This document shows, piece by piece, positions 18,265 to 29,406 of a DNA stretch of 52,487 nt. Position numbers and translations under genes: made by a program. The notes under the pieces were generated by a model. It was not told the origin of the DNA. It ran no database searches and saw only the letters and a program-made list of their open reading frames with translations. This stretch comes from Solirubrobacterales bacterium. GTDB taxonomy: Bacteria > Actinomycetota > Thermoleophilia > Solirubrobacterales > Solirubrobacteraceae. The stretch lies in assembly GCA_025963935.1 (NCBI GenBank), contig JAOPZV010000299.1, positions 1 to 52,487 of the forward strand, written 5' to 3'. Position 1 is the first letter of the stretch, and each line of letters opens with the position of its first letter.

Positions 18265-19398
18265 TTAGTTTGTAACAGGAGGAACATGCGTTCGATTAAT
18301 CGAACCGTTAGGTGGGTCGCTCTTCATCCTCGAGATCCACCGCGCGGGCTGCTCGAGCTCCGCGGTGCTCGGAAGCGCCTCCGGCCCACTCCACGCAAGC
18401 GCCAGTGCCTGCGGGCCGCCGTCGTCCACCACCGCGTCGCAGAAGCGCCGACCCATCTCATACTGGCGCAGCTTCAGCTCCAGGCCGAGCAGCCGCTCGA
18501 GCACTCTCCAGGGAAGGCCGCGGCTCTCGCGCCGGCGATTCATCGCGGCGCGCAGCCGCGGCAGCGAGGGGAGCACCTCGGCGCCGACCGCGTCCATCGT
18601 GTGCTCGGCGTGTCCCTCCACGAGCGACATCGCCGCCTGCAGCTGCTCCACCAGGCGCCAGCGGTCCTCGCCCAGCGTCAAGCGCATCAGCTGTCCCTGG
18701 CGCGCGCGGTCGAGCATCTCGCGAAGCTCTGCGGGATCCGGAAGCTTGGGGCGGCGGAAGCCCCCCGTCCGCCCCGCCTCGTCGGCGCCGGAGCGGCCGG
18801 CGATGCTCACGTGCATGCCCTCGATCAACTCTTTCAGGATCGCGCCCAGATAGTCACGAAGCCACGGAGCTCCCGAGAACTGAACCGCGTGCGTGATCTC
18901 GTGGATCGTCACCCACAGGACCAACTCATCGCGATCGACACCCAGGTTGGTAGCCGCCTGGGCGAGGTTCGGCGCGAGCAGCAACAGTCGCGGGGTCACG
19001 GAGGAGTCCATCAGCGCGAGGTCGTACTGGCCGAGGACCCGCTGAGAGAGCATGCCCGTCAGTGCGCCGACCTGCGCCCCGAGCAGCAGCCCGGAGGCCG
19101 AGCGCAGTGGACCGCCCAGGGGACCCGCGAAGCGGACGGCGTCCGCGTCCATCTGGTCGGTGAGCGTCGCGAGCACCGGCTGCATCGTCTTCAGGTTGGC
19201 GGCGATCCACGTCCGGCGATCGACTGCCTCGATCGGCGGCAGCTCGGCCGGTACGCCGAGCCCGCTGTACTCGCTGACCCGGGCCGCGAAGTCGCGTGCG
19301 AGCGGCTCGACGGCCGTCGCTGAGACGCCGCCGCTGGGCGGAGAGCCCGCGATCAGCTCGCCCACCCGCTGCGCCGCGCGCCAGTCGATCATGTCCAT
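18265..19398 (-). CDS. zinc-dependent metalloprotease (actinobacterial zincin, DUF2342-like)
   Basis: HEITH zinc motif, downstream EGHAE, RVLGQYD and LGLELKLRQY. Confidence 0.85.
   Translation of the reverse strand: MDMIDWRAAQRVGELIAGSPPSGGVSATAVEPLARDFAARVSEYSGLGVPAELPPIEAVDRRTWIAANLKTMQPVLATLTDQMDADAVRFAGPLGGPLRSASGLLLGAQVGALTGMLSQRVLGQYDLALMDSSVTPRLLLLAPNLAQAATNLGVDRDELVLWVTIHEITHAVQFSGAPWLRDYLGAILKELIEGMHVSIAGRSGADEAGRTGGFRRPKLPDPAELREMLDRARQGQLMRLTLGEDRWRLVEQLQAAMSLVEGHAEHTMDAVGAEVLPSLPRLRAAMNRRRESRGLPWRVLERLLGLELKLRQYEMGRRFCDAVVDDGGPQALALAWSGPEALPSTAELEQPARWISRMKSDPPNGSINRTHVPPVTN
18281..18295. promoter_or_regulatory. second LexA (SOS) box
   Basis: GGAAC-ATGC-GTTCGA, lying within the 3' end of the upstream metalloprotease ORF. 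Confidence 0.6.
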
Positions 19399-19445
19399 CC
19401 AAAGAGCGTAGCCAGGCGCAGGCCGTCTCCCCGTATCCTAGGAAT

Positions 19446-21236
19446 GTGTCTGGCTCAAGAATCGCGCCCGCCCCGCCGGAGGGCCCGCAGAGCGGAGTGC
19501 AGCAGGCCGGGTTCCTCAAGCGGGCCGAGGTGCGTGACGTCCTCGCGTGGCTTCGGCTGCTGATCGACTCCCAGGACGCCGCTGCCGTCGTACGGGCGCT
19601 CGCCAGGCCGCCGATCGAGCTGCGACAGGTCGAGCTCGCGCGGGTGATCCAGGTCGCCCGCCGGCGGAAGCTCGACCTCGTCCTAGGGCTCGCTGCGGCC
19701 ACCGAGTCGCCGCAGGTGCCGCCGGAGGCCAGGGAACGCATACAACGGTTCGTCGAGCTTCATCGCAGCGCGGCCAGCGAGCTCCACACGCTGGCGCCGG
19801 AGGTCTTCGTCGGGCGCCTGATCGAGCGACTGGGCGTTCGCGGACGGCGCCTGCTGGCACCCGCGGACGCGGCCGAGCAGCGGGCGAGCCTGGAACGGCT
19901 CCATGCGCTGGCCGTGGAGTTCGCGCGGGGCAATCCGGGGTCCGGGATCCGCGAGCTCGCCCGCTATCTCGCCGCGGTCGTGCCCGAGGAGCGGTGGGAG
20001 ACTCGCGAGGCGGCTCCCGTGGCCACGTGGACACGCGGAGATGAGGAGCTTCAGCGCCCCGTCGAGGAATACCGCGCCGGCGCGGAGGCGCTCCCAGAGC
20101 CGGTGGCCGTACCGGTCGAGGACGCCGCCGGAGATCTCGAGGCGACGCTTCACCTGCTGCGTGAGGAGGTGCTGGCAAGCGTCGCGCGCATTGGTGGCCG
20201 GCTCGGGGAGCTGCGCCTCGACACCGATCTCGACATCTCGCATGGCGTTGCCCGCTACCTGGAGCTGCTCAAGGTCTCGGCGCTGCTGCAGCGTCCCGAC
20301 GGGCAGAGCCTCGCTGAGGCGCTCGCCGACATCAACTCCCGGCTGCTCGCCGCGACCACGCCGCTACAGCGCGAGATCCTCCAGACCTCACCGCTCGACG
20401 ACACGCTGCTGGCCGTCGAGACAGACGAGCGGGCCCGTGCGCAAGCTCTCGCTCCGCGTGAGGGGCGCTCGCTCGGACCCTTTCTTCCCCGCAGGGGTGT
20501 CGGCCTGGCGCTGTCGGCGTCCGACATCCAGACCTACCGCAGCTGCCCGCTGAGATACAAGTTCGCCCGCGTCCTGCGGATCCCGCGTGAGCAGACGGTC
20601 CACCAGCGCTTCGGCATCGTCGTGCACCAGGTACTCGAGCGCTTTCACTCCGACGGGGGCGAGACGCTCACACAGATGCTGGAGCTGCTCGACGCCGGGT
20701 GGCGGCGCAGCGCTCTCGGTGACGGCGAGCACGAGCAGGAGCTGCGCGCGAAGGCGACGGCTGCGCTGACCCTCTATCACGCGCGTCTGAGCGAGCACGA
20801 TGCCGAACCGGTGTGGTTTGAGCGACAGTTCGACTTCCGCCTGGGCCCGCATCACCTGCGGGGACGCGTCGACCGCGTCGACCGCCTGCTCGGCGGGTCG
20901 CTCGCCGGCGAGGCCGCCGAGGAGTACGAGCTGATCGACTACAAGACCTCGCGGCCGAAGACCGCCGAGCAGCTTGCCGACGACGTCCAGCTCTCGCTGT
21001 ATGCGCTCGCCGCCCGTGAAGCGTGGGACCTGGGCTCCTCGCGGCAGGCCTACTACTACGTGCTCGACGACCTGAAGGTCCCCGTGCCGCGCACCGATCA
21101 GGATGCCGAGTCGGTCAAGGACATCGTCCTCGAGGTCGGCGACGGCATACTCGCCCAGGCGTTCGAGCCGACGCCGTCCCGCGCGGCCTGCTCGATCTGC
21201 GACTACCGCATCGTCTGTCCCGCGGCGGAGGGCTAG
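19446..21236 (+). CDS. PD-(D/E)XK RecB/AddB-type nuclease with an N-terminal UvrD-like fragment
   Basis: FLKRAEVRDVLAWLRLL (UvrD 2B-like), LSASDIQTYRSCPLRY, GRVDRVD...LIDYKT, QLSLYA and C-terminal CxxC-x5-C. GTG start 6 nt after TATCCT. Confidence 0.85.
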   Translation: MSGSRIAPAPPEGPQSGVQQAGFLKRAEVRDVLAWLRLLIDSQDAAAVVRALARPPIELRQVELARVIQVARRRKLDLVLGLAAATESPQVPPEARERIQRFVELHRSAASELHTLAPEVFVGRLIERLGVRGRRLLAPADAAEQRASLERLHALAVEFARGNPGSGIRELARYLAAVVPEERWETREAAPVATWTRGDEELQRPVEEYRAGAEALPEPVAVPVEDAAGDLEATLHLLREEVLASVARIGGRLGELRLDTDLDISHGVARYLELLKVSALLQRPDGQSLAEALADINSRLLAATTPLQREILQTSPLDDTLLAVETDERARAQALAPREGRSLGPFLPRRGVGLALSASDIQTYRSCPLRYKFARVLRIPREQTVHQRFGIVVHQVLERFHSDGGETLTQMLELLDAGWRRSALGDGEHEQELRAKATAALTLYHARLSEHDAEPVWFERQFDFRLGPHHLRGRVDRVDRLLGGSLAGEAAEEYELIDYKTSRPKTAEQLADDVQLSLYALAAREAWDLGSSRQAYYYVLDDLKVPVPRTDQDAESVKDIVLEVGDGILAQAFEPTPSRAACSICDYRIVCPAAEG

Positions 21237-21263
21237 CTGATCGTCTGTCCGGGGCGGGGCGCG

Positions 21264-22136
21264 CTACTTGCCCTCGCGCCCCCGCTGGCGCAGGAACCGC
21301 TGGAATTCGCGCGCGATCATGTCGCCCGACGGCACGTCCTCGGGCGAGCTCAGCGCGTCGCTCTGCGCGGCCTGCTCCAGGCGCTCCACGAAAGCCTGGA
21401 TGTCCGGGTCGCTCTGTACCGCCAGCCCGACCTGTCGCTCGTAGTCCGCGGCCGCCGATTCGAGCTCGGATACGTCGACCGACACCCCGATCAGTCCTTC
21501 CACCCGGCGGACCAGCGCGAGCGCTGCCTTCGGATTGCTCGCCGCGGCGACGTAGTGCGGGACCGCCGCCCACAGGCTGACCGACGGCAGTCCGGCGTCG
21601 GCGCATGCGGCGTGCATAACGCCGACGATCCCCGTGGGGCCCTCATAGCTCGAGGGCTGGATTCCGAGCCGCTCCATCAGCGCGGGGTCGGAGGCATGCC
21701 CGGTCATCGCGACCGGCCGGGTGTGCGGCACGTCGCCGAGCAGCGCGCCGAGTGAGACCACGACCTGCACGCCAAGCGCCTCGGCGAGGTCGACGATCTG
21801 CGAGGTGAAACCGCGCCAGCGCATCGACGGCTCCACCCCCTGGATGAGAACCAGGTCACGTGGCGCGCGGGGAGCCTGCGCCTCGTAGAGCTCCACCGAC
21901 GGCCACACGATCTCCCGCTTCTCGTCCTCGCCGAAGGAGACGCACGGGCGGTTCGCCTGGAAGTCGAAGAACTCCTCGGAGTCGATCCGCGCGAAGCGCC
22001 TGGCGTCGAGCGCCTCGGCGAGGAACGAGACGGCACTCGATGCCGCCTCGCCGGCGTCGTTCCAGCCGCGGAACGCACACACCATCGCGGGGGCCCTGAG
22101 GCCATCGGGTCGACGATCCCAGATGAACGGCTGCAT
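21264..22136 (-). CDS. PAC2-family (proteasome assembly chaperone-like) protein
   Basis: AFRGWNDAGEAAS, FFDFQANRP, GVEPSMRW, DVPHTRP and WAAVPHYV. Confidence 0.9.
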   Translation of the reverse strand: MQPFIWDRRPDGLRAPAMVCAFRGWNDAGEAASSAVSFLAEALDARRFARIDSEEFFDFQANRPCVSFGEDEKREIVWPSVELYEAQAPRAPRDLVLIQGVEPSMRWRGFTSQIVDLAEALGVQVVVSLGALLGDVPHTRPVAMTGHASDPALMERLGIQPSSYEGPTGIVGVMHAACADAGLPSVSLWAAVPHYVAAASNPKAALALVRRVEGLIGVSVDVSELESAAADYERQVGLAVQSDPDIQAFVERLEQAAQSDALSSPEDVPSGDMIAREFQRFLRQRGREGK

Positions 22137-22161
22137 CCGAACCACCGTACATCATGCGCCG

Positions 22162-23100
22162 ATGGCCTCTGCCACGTTCCCGACTGCCGATGACACGCAG
22201 ACGATCGCCACCGTGCGGGCCGGCGAGGAGCTCCACGGCGTGTTCGCGTGCACGCGCAAGGAACGTCAGATCTCGCGGGCCGGAACCTCCTACCTGACCG
22301 TCGAGCTTCGCGATCGCACGGGCAGCATCGTCGGTCGGGCCTTTCGCGACGCGGACTTGCTCGCGGGACGCTTCGAGCGGGGCGATCTGGTTCGTGTGCA
22401 GGGACGCGTTGAGCGCTTTCGCGATGAGCTGCAGGTCGAGGTGCGCGCGATCGCTCGAGCGGATGGCGAGCAAGCCGACCCGGCGCATTTCCTACCCGTC
22501 GCCTACCGCGACCTGGACGAGCTCGAAGGCTTTCTCGAGCACCTCGCGCGCGAGGTCTACGACCCGAGCCTGAAGGCTCTCCTGGCGAGGCTGCTCGGCG
22601 ACGAGGCCCTGCGCCGCGAGATCCGCCGAGCGCCATGCTCGGTGCCCACCCAAGGAGGCGCCGGACGCTCCTCATCGGGACATCACGCTTACCTCGGCGG
22701 GATGCTCGAGCACACCGTTGCGGTGGCCACGATGGCGCTCGAGATGTGCACGCTGCACCCGCGCCTGGATCGCGACCTGCTCGTGACCGCGGCGATCGTC
22801 CATGACCTCGGCAAGACGCGTGAGTTCACCTACGGCGCCGAGATCGAGCGCAGCCGCGAGGGGAGGCTGCTCGGCCACGTCGAGCTCGGGCTGCGGCTGA
22901 TCGCCAGTCATCTGCCGGACGGCTTGGAAGGCGAGCGCAGGCTCTCACTCGAGCACTGCTTGATGCTGCACCACGGCCAGGAGGCCGCCGGTGGCCAGCG
23001 ATTCGCGTCGGCGGAGGCGATCGCGCTGTACCGCCTGAACGCGCTCGATGCGCAGGTGAAGGGCGCTTTCGAGCATGGCACCGGGGGTTTCCCGGCCTGA
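22162..23100 (+). CDS. YhaM-like OB-fold/HD-domain 3'-5' exonuclease
   Basis: N-terminal OB fold (YLTVELRDRTGSI), HHAYLGGMLEHT, HDLGK, LLGHV and HHG. Confidence 0.88.
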   Translation: MASATFPTADDTQTIATVRAGEELHGVFACTRKERQISRAGTSYLTVELRDRTGSIVGRAFRDADLLAGRFERGDLVRVQGRVERFRDELQVEVRAIARADGEQADPAHFLPVAYRDLDELEGFLEHLAREVYDPSLKALLARLLGDEALRREIRRAPCSVPTQGGAGRSSSGHHAYLGGMLEHTVAVATMALEMCTLHPRLDRDLLVTAAIVHDLGKTREFTYGAEIERSREGRLLGHVELGLRLIASHLPDGLEGERRLSLEHCLMLHHGQEAAGGQRFASAEAIALYRLNALDAQVKGAFEHGTGGFPA

Positions 23101-23118
23101 CGCCCGAAAAACTGCTGT

Positions 23119-23145
23119 TAAGCGGCGCGTCGAACGTGCCGATAA
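23119..23145 (+). promoter_or_regulatory. sigma-28 (FliA/WhiG/SigD-type) promoter
   Basis: TAAG-N15-GCCGATAA compared with consensus TAAA-N15-GCCGATAA, 7 nt before ATG 23153. Confidence 0.75.
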
Positions 23146-23152
23146 GACCGCG

Positions 23153-24922
<1,770 letters not shown>

Positions 24923-25182
24923 GGAGCACGCCGACTCGGCGGCTCTGCCGCCGGTACGCCAAGTCTGTACGCGCCATTCCGTAGCGGAGGCACTCGAGAT
25001 CACGAAGCCGCGCGGGCCACCGGCTCCTCCACGGCCCACCGGCCGCATGCCCGGGTGATGGGTGACGGCAACCACTGTTCATAGGCGCAGGGAAGCCGAT
25101 AGCCATAATGTCAGTATTTCCACTCGACATTGTGTAGAATACATTTTCGCTGAACCAGCGACCCGCCAACAGAGGGAGCGAG

Positions 25183-27309
25183 ATGCATCGTCTTGTCGCT
25201 TGTAGGAGTCGACGGTCCGTATCTTCGGCCGGGGCCTCGAATGCACGCATCTTCATCGTGCTGGCAGTCGCCTGCGTGGCGACTGCGCTCGGCGCTCCGG
25301 TGCAGGCACTGGGCGCCACGACGTTCCAGTTCGCCGCCAAGGCTGAGTACTCGACCGCCACCAAGCCCGTGTCGGTCGCGACGGGCGATCTCAACGGGGA
25401 CGGCAAGCGGGACCTGGTGGTCGCCAACGAAGAATCCAACAGCGTCTCCGTCCTGCTCGGAAACGGTGACGGGACGCTCAAACCCAAGGTTGACTACGCG
25501 GCGGGCACGGCGCCGGCATCGGTCGCGCTCGCCGACGTGAACGGCGACAAAAAGCCCGACCTCGTCATTTCCAACCGGGGTGCCGGCACGGTTTCGGTGC
25601 TCCTGGGCAAAGGCGACGGGACGTTCGAATCCGGCGTTGAATATGCGACCGGCGCCAAGCCCGTGTCGGTCGCGACAGGCGATCTCAACGGGGACGGCAA
25701 GCAGGACGTGGTGGTCGCCAACGAAGAATCCAACAGCGTCTCCGTCCTACTCGGCAAAGGCGACGGCACCTTCGAACCGAAGGTTGACTACGCGGCGGGC
25801 GCGGCGCCGGCATCGGTGGCGCTCGCCGACGTGAACGGCGACAAAAAGCCCGACCTCGTCGTTGCCAACCGGGGTGCCGGCACGGTTTCGGTGCTCCTGG
25901 GCAAAGGCGACGGGACGTTCGAATCCGGCGCTGAATATGCGACCGGCACCAAGCCTGCATCGGTCGCGACAGGCGATCTCAACGGCGACGGCAAGCAGGA
26001 CCTGGTGGTCGCCAACGAAGAATCCAACAGCGTCTCCGTCCTGCTCGGCAACGGCGACGGGACGTTCGCGTCCAAGCACGACTTCGCTACCGCCACAGCC
26101 CCGCGAGCCGTCGCGCTCGGGGACCTGAACGCGGACGGCAAGCAGGACATCGCCGTCGCGAACCTCGGTTCGAACAGCGCATCGATCCTGCTCGGCAAAG
26201 GGGACGGGAGCTTCACTTCCAAGCAGGACTTTCCCGCGGGCACGGCTCCCCAGGCGAGCGTGCTGGGCGATCTCAATGGTGACGGCAAACCGGACATCGC
26301 TACTGCGAACGCGACCGCTAACACCGTCTCTGTGCTGCTCAACAGCTCCGTGCCGGCACTTGAAGCAAGCCCGAGCCTGGTGTCTTTCCCGAGCCAGCTG
26401 TTCGCCACCAAGAGCGCGCCCCAGAAGGTAACGGTGACAAACACCGGCTCGGCGCCGCTGTCTATCAGCTCGGTGATCGTGACCGGTAACTTCGCGGCGT
26501 CCGGGTGCAGCGGGGCCTCGCTCTCGCCGGGCGCCAGCTGCTCGATCAGCGTCACCTTCTCCCCGAAGGGCTACGGAGCCCTGAAAGGCGAAGCGGCCAT
26601 CGCCACCAACGCAGGCTCCAAAGCGATCAAGCTGACCGGAACCGGCCTGCCGCCGGTTCCGCTGGTGGCCACCGGGGCGGTCGGTGAAATCGCCGGGACC
26701 TACGCGACACTGACAGGAACCGTCGTCTCCCAGGGGCCCGGGTCGTTCTACTTCGAGTACGGGGCCACAAAGTCCTATGGCTCCGTGACGCCAACATTGC
26801 CCCTCAGCTCGAGTGCGAATGCGCAGCAGCTCGCGGCAACGTTGTCCCTGCCGCCCGGAGCCAGTTACCACTACCGCATGGTCGCAAGTAACCTGGCCGC
26901 GACGATCAACGGGACCGATCAGGTGTTCACAATCCCGCCGGAGTCGCCGCTGCTCAAGCTGCTCAAGCACGGCCGTCTGTCCTCGGTGCTCCGGCACGGG
27001 TTACGGCTCCGTGTAAGCGGAACCTCGCCGGGCGTCATCACCGTGAAGTTACGAGTCGACGCCCAGACTGCTCGCGCCGCGCACCTCATTCCAGCGAGGA
27101 GCAAGCGCAAGACAAAAGTCACCGTGGGATCAATCCGTGTGACTGTGGCGGCGAATCGCTGGAAGACCGTGACCGTCAAGTTCGGCAAGGGCGCGAAGCA
27201 CAACCTCGCGGCGCTTGGCCGCGTCAAGCTGACGATCGTCGGGACACCATTGACGTTCACCGGCTCGGCGGGGAGTCCGACCAGCATCGCGGCAAGCATT
27301 CGCCGTTAG
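25183..27309 (+). CDS. secreted FG-GAP/VCBS beta-propeller protein with Ig-like (ASH-like and Fn3-like) domains
   Basis: Signal peptide, seven DxNxDxxxD repeats, VTVTNTGSAPLSI...C...LSPGASC.ISVTFSP, FEYG...YHYRMVASN, and a basic C-terminus. Confidence 0.85.
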   Translation: MHRLVACRSRRSVSSAGASNARIFIVLAVACVATALGAPVQALGATTFQFAAKAEYSTATKPVSVATGDLNGDGKRDLVVANEESNSVSVLLGNGDGTLKPKVDYAAGTAPASVALADVNGDKKPDLVISNRGAGTVSVLLGKGDGTFESGVEYATGAKPVSVATGDLNGDGKQDVVVANEESNSVSVLLGKGDGTFEPKVDYAAGAAPASVALADVNGDKKPDLVVANRGAGTVSVLLGKGDGTFESGAEYATGTKPASVATGDLNGDGKQDLVVANEESNSVSVLLGNGDGTFASKHDFATATAPRAVALGDLNADGKQDIAVANLGSNSASILLGKGDGSFTSKQDFPAGTAPQASVLGDLNGDGKPDIATANATANTVSVLLNSSVPALEASPSLVSFPSQLFATKSAPQKVTVTNTGSAPLSISSVIVTGNFAASGCSGASLSPGASCSISVTFSPKGYGALKGEAAIATNAGSKAIKLTGTGLPPVPLVATGAVGEIAGTYATLTGTVVSQGPGSFYFEYGATKSYGSVTPTLPLSSSANAQQLAATLSLPPGASYHYRMVASNLAATINGTDQVFTIPPESPLLKLLKHGRLSSVLRHGLRLRVSGTSPGVITVKLRVDAQTARAAHLIPARSKRKTKVTVGSIRVTVAANRWKTVTVKFGKGAKHNLAALGRVKLTIVGTPLTFTGSAGSPTSIAASIRR
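25345..26090 (+). repeat. intragenic tandem repeat, 300-bp period, about 2.5 copies
   Basis: GTGGTCGCCAACGAAGAATCCAACAGCGTCTCCGTCCT recurs near 25417, 25717 and 26005. The first two long units are almost identical at DNA level. Boundaries approximate. Confidence 0.85.
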
Positions 27310-27517
27310 ACAGCACGCTTGCCGCGCGGCTGGCCTTCGCCGGTTGCGTCCGGAGGCGCGTGAGCGTCCACCTGACGGCAGGAAAGAGCACTAAGCCAGC
27401 TAACCGCACCAAGATAGTGCGAAGCTGTTAGGATACGGCCGTAAAGAGGGCATTGTTGATTGACATTGTGGACATTTGCCGGTAGCCCTGCCGGTCGCGA
27501 AAGGGGAAGCACGCAAG

Positions 27518-28363
27518 ATGCGATTCAAACGGCTCGGCCTGTCTACAGCATTCGCCCTCACCTTGATCGTCCCGGCCTCTGCCGGCGCGAAGACTCTCAT
27601 TGGGTCCGGATCCAGCGTCGCACAGCCTTATCTGCAGGCGCTGTTCGCGGGATATCACCGGGTCAGTCCCAAGATCCAGTTCCTCTACACGGCCGACGGT
27701 GGCAACGCCGGCGTCAAGGACGTCCAGGCAGGGAGGAGCCAGTTCGCCGCTCAGTCTCGCCCGCCGCTGCCGAGCGACGCGGGGACCACGTACGTCAAGC
27801 TGTTCCTCGACGGGTTGTGCGTCTACGTCAACCAACAGAACAAGCTGGCCAACCTGTCGCTCCCCGAACTGTCAGACGTCTTCACCGGGGTGCGCACGAG
27901 CTGGAGCCAGTTCCCGGGCTCAGGCCTGAGTACAACGATCGACGCGGTCGGGCGTGACTCGACGGCCGGCAGCTTCACCTTCTTCACGGCCGCCGTCCTG
28001 AACGGCCAGACCCAGGGTTCAAATGTGAACACGCTTGCCTCGGACGGTCTTGTCGCCAACGCGATCAAACAGGATCCGAACTCGATCGGCTACGCCGGGC
28101 TCGCCCGCTCCAAAGACCCGGGCATCAAGCGGCTGAGCCTTGGCGGTGTTGCCTGCTCGCCTCCGTTCATCAAGACGCTGCGGTATCCGCTCTCACGCTT
28201 TCTGTGGCTGGTGCTTCCGACCGCGAGCCCCGACCTGGACGTGCAGAAGTTCGCCGACTGGGTGCGCACCAGCGTCGCCGCTGGGGAAACCATCACAAAA
28301 GGCGGCGCCGTTCCGGCGTTCAACAAATCGGCGAAAAGCAAGAAAAAGAAAAAGAAGCACTGA
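27518..28363 (+). CDS. pstS: phosphate ABC transporter substrate-binding protein (PstS-like, atypical)
   Basis: GSGSS, IYxG..TSW-like segment, DPNSIGY and YPLSR; signal peptide; first gene before pstCAB. Confidence 0.8.
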   Translation: MRFKRLGLSTAFALTLIVPASAGAKTLIGSGSSVAQPYLQALFAGYHRVSPKIQFLYTADGGNAGVKDVQAGRSQFAAQSRPPLPSDAGTTYVKLFLDGLCVYVNQQNKLANLSLPELSDVFTGVRTSWSQFPGSGLSTTIDAVGRDSTAGSFTFFTAAVLNGQTQGSNVNTLASDGLVANAIKQDPNSIGYAGLARSKDPGIKRLSLGGVACSPPFIKTLRYPLSRFLWLVLPTASPDLDVQKFADWVRTSVAAGETITKGGAVPAFNKSAKSKKKKKKH

Positions 28364-28410
28364 CGCACCCGAAGCTCTGATGGACCACCACGACAGAAAC
28401 GGCAAGGACG

Positions 28411-29406
28411 ATGGACGACCCGCTGCTTTTCGAACAGAGGCCTCATTGGTGGTCTGACAGGCGTGCAGGACTCACACTTGGCACGATCGTCGTGGCCGCG
28501 CTTGCCGGCGTGGTCGCGATGGTCGTGTTCGTCGTGGTCCAGGGCTGGCCGTCTTTCGCTCACAACGGACTCTCGTGGTTCGGCGGTGGCGGAAGCGTCG
28601 ATCAGCAGATCAAGGCCATGTTCCTGTCCGGCGAGACAGGAGGACACTACGTCTACACGTTCCACGCCTGGCCGCTCATCTGGAGCACTGTTCTGATCGT
28701 CGGCGCTGCGGCCACGCTGAGCCTGGCCTGCTCGCTGTTCGTCGCCGTCTTCGTAGTCGAGTTCGCCCCAGACTGGATGAAGGAGATCCTGCACCCGGTG
28801 GTGAGGCTGCTCGCCAGCGTCCCTTCCGTGATCTACGGGTTGCTCGGCGTGCTGGTGCTCGTCCCGTTCATCGGCAACCACGTGATCAGCCAGCATGCGA
28901 AAGCGTCGGTCTCGCACATCATCTCGCTGAGCGGCTACAGCCTGGTCGCCGGGGTGCTCATCCTCACGGTGATGATCGCGCCGCTGATGATCTCGATCTT
29001 CGCCGACGGGCTGCGGTCGGTGCCGCGACATTGGCTCGAGGCGTCACAGGCGCTGGGAATCAACCGCTGGCGCACGTTCTGGAAGGTGGGCGTCAGAGCC
29101 GCGCGCCCCGCGATCGTCGCCGGCACCGTGCTTGCGACGGCAAGGGGCCTCGGCGAGGCCGTGATGCTCGCGATGGTGTCTGGCTCGGTCGGTTTCGCAC
29201 CCAATCCATTCGACGGAACGATCTTCTTCTTCGAGCCGTCGCGCCCACTCGCGCCGACGATCATCCAGAACATCGAAGGCCTGAGCTCGCCGCCGCTCAA
29301 ACACACGCTGTTCGCGGTCGCGTCGGTGCTGCTCGTCTCCGCGATGGCGCTCTCGCTCGCGGGCTGGGCTGCCAAGCAACCCCTCAAGCGATACGCGGCC
29401 GCGTGA
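28411..29406 (+). CDS. pstC: phosphate ABC transporter permease PstC
   Basis: LLASVPSVIYGLLG, EAA loop (EASQALG) and ARGLGEA. Confidence 0.9.
   Translation: MDDPLLFEQRPHWWSDRRAGLTLGTIVVAALAGVVAMVVFVVVQGWPSFAHNGLSWFGGGGSVDQQIKAMFLSGETGGHYVYTFHAWPLIWSTVLIVGAAATLSLACSLFVAVFVVEFAPDWMKEILHPVVRLLASVPSVIYGLLGVLVLVPFIGNHVISQHAKASVSHIISLSGYSLVAGVLILTVMIAPLMISIFADGLRSVPRHWLEASQALGINRWRTFWKVGVRAARPAIVAGTVLATARGLGEAVMLAMVSGSVGFAPNPFDGTIFFFEPSRPLAPTIIQNIEGLSSPPLKHTLFAVASVLLVSAMALSLAGWAAKQPLKRYAAA

Noticed and set aside
19446-21236. Cas4-like nuclease suggesting a CRISPR locus
   Set aside because: No repeat-spacer array or other cas genes; the UvrD-like N-terminus points to the AddB/Adn family.
25345-26090. 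Regular repeats as a possible CRISPR or mobile repeat
   Set aside because: In-frame coding repeats of FG-GAP blades with no unique spacers.
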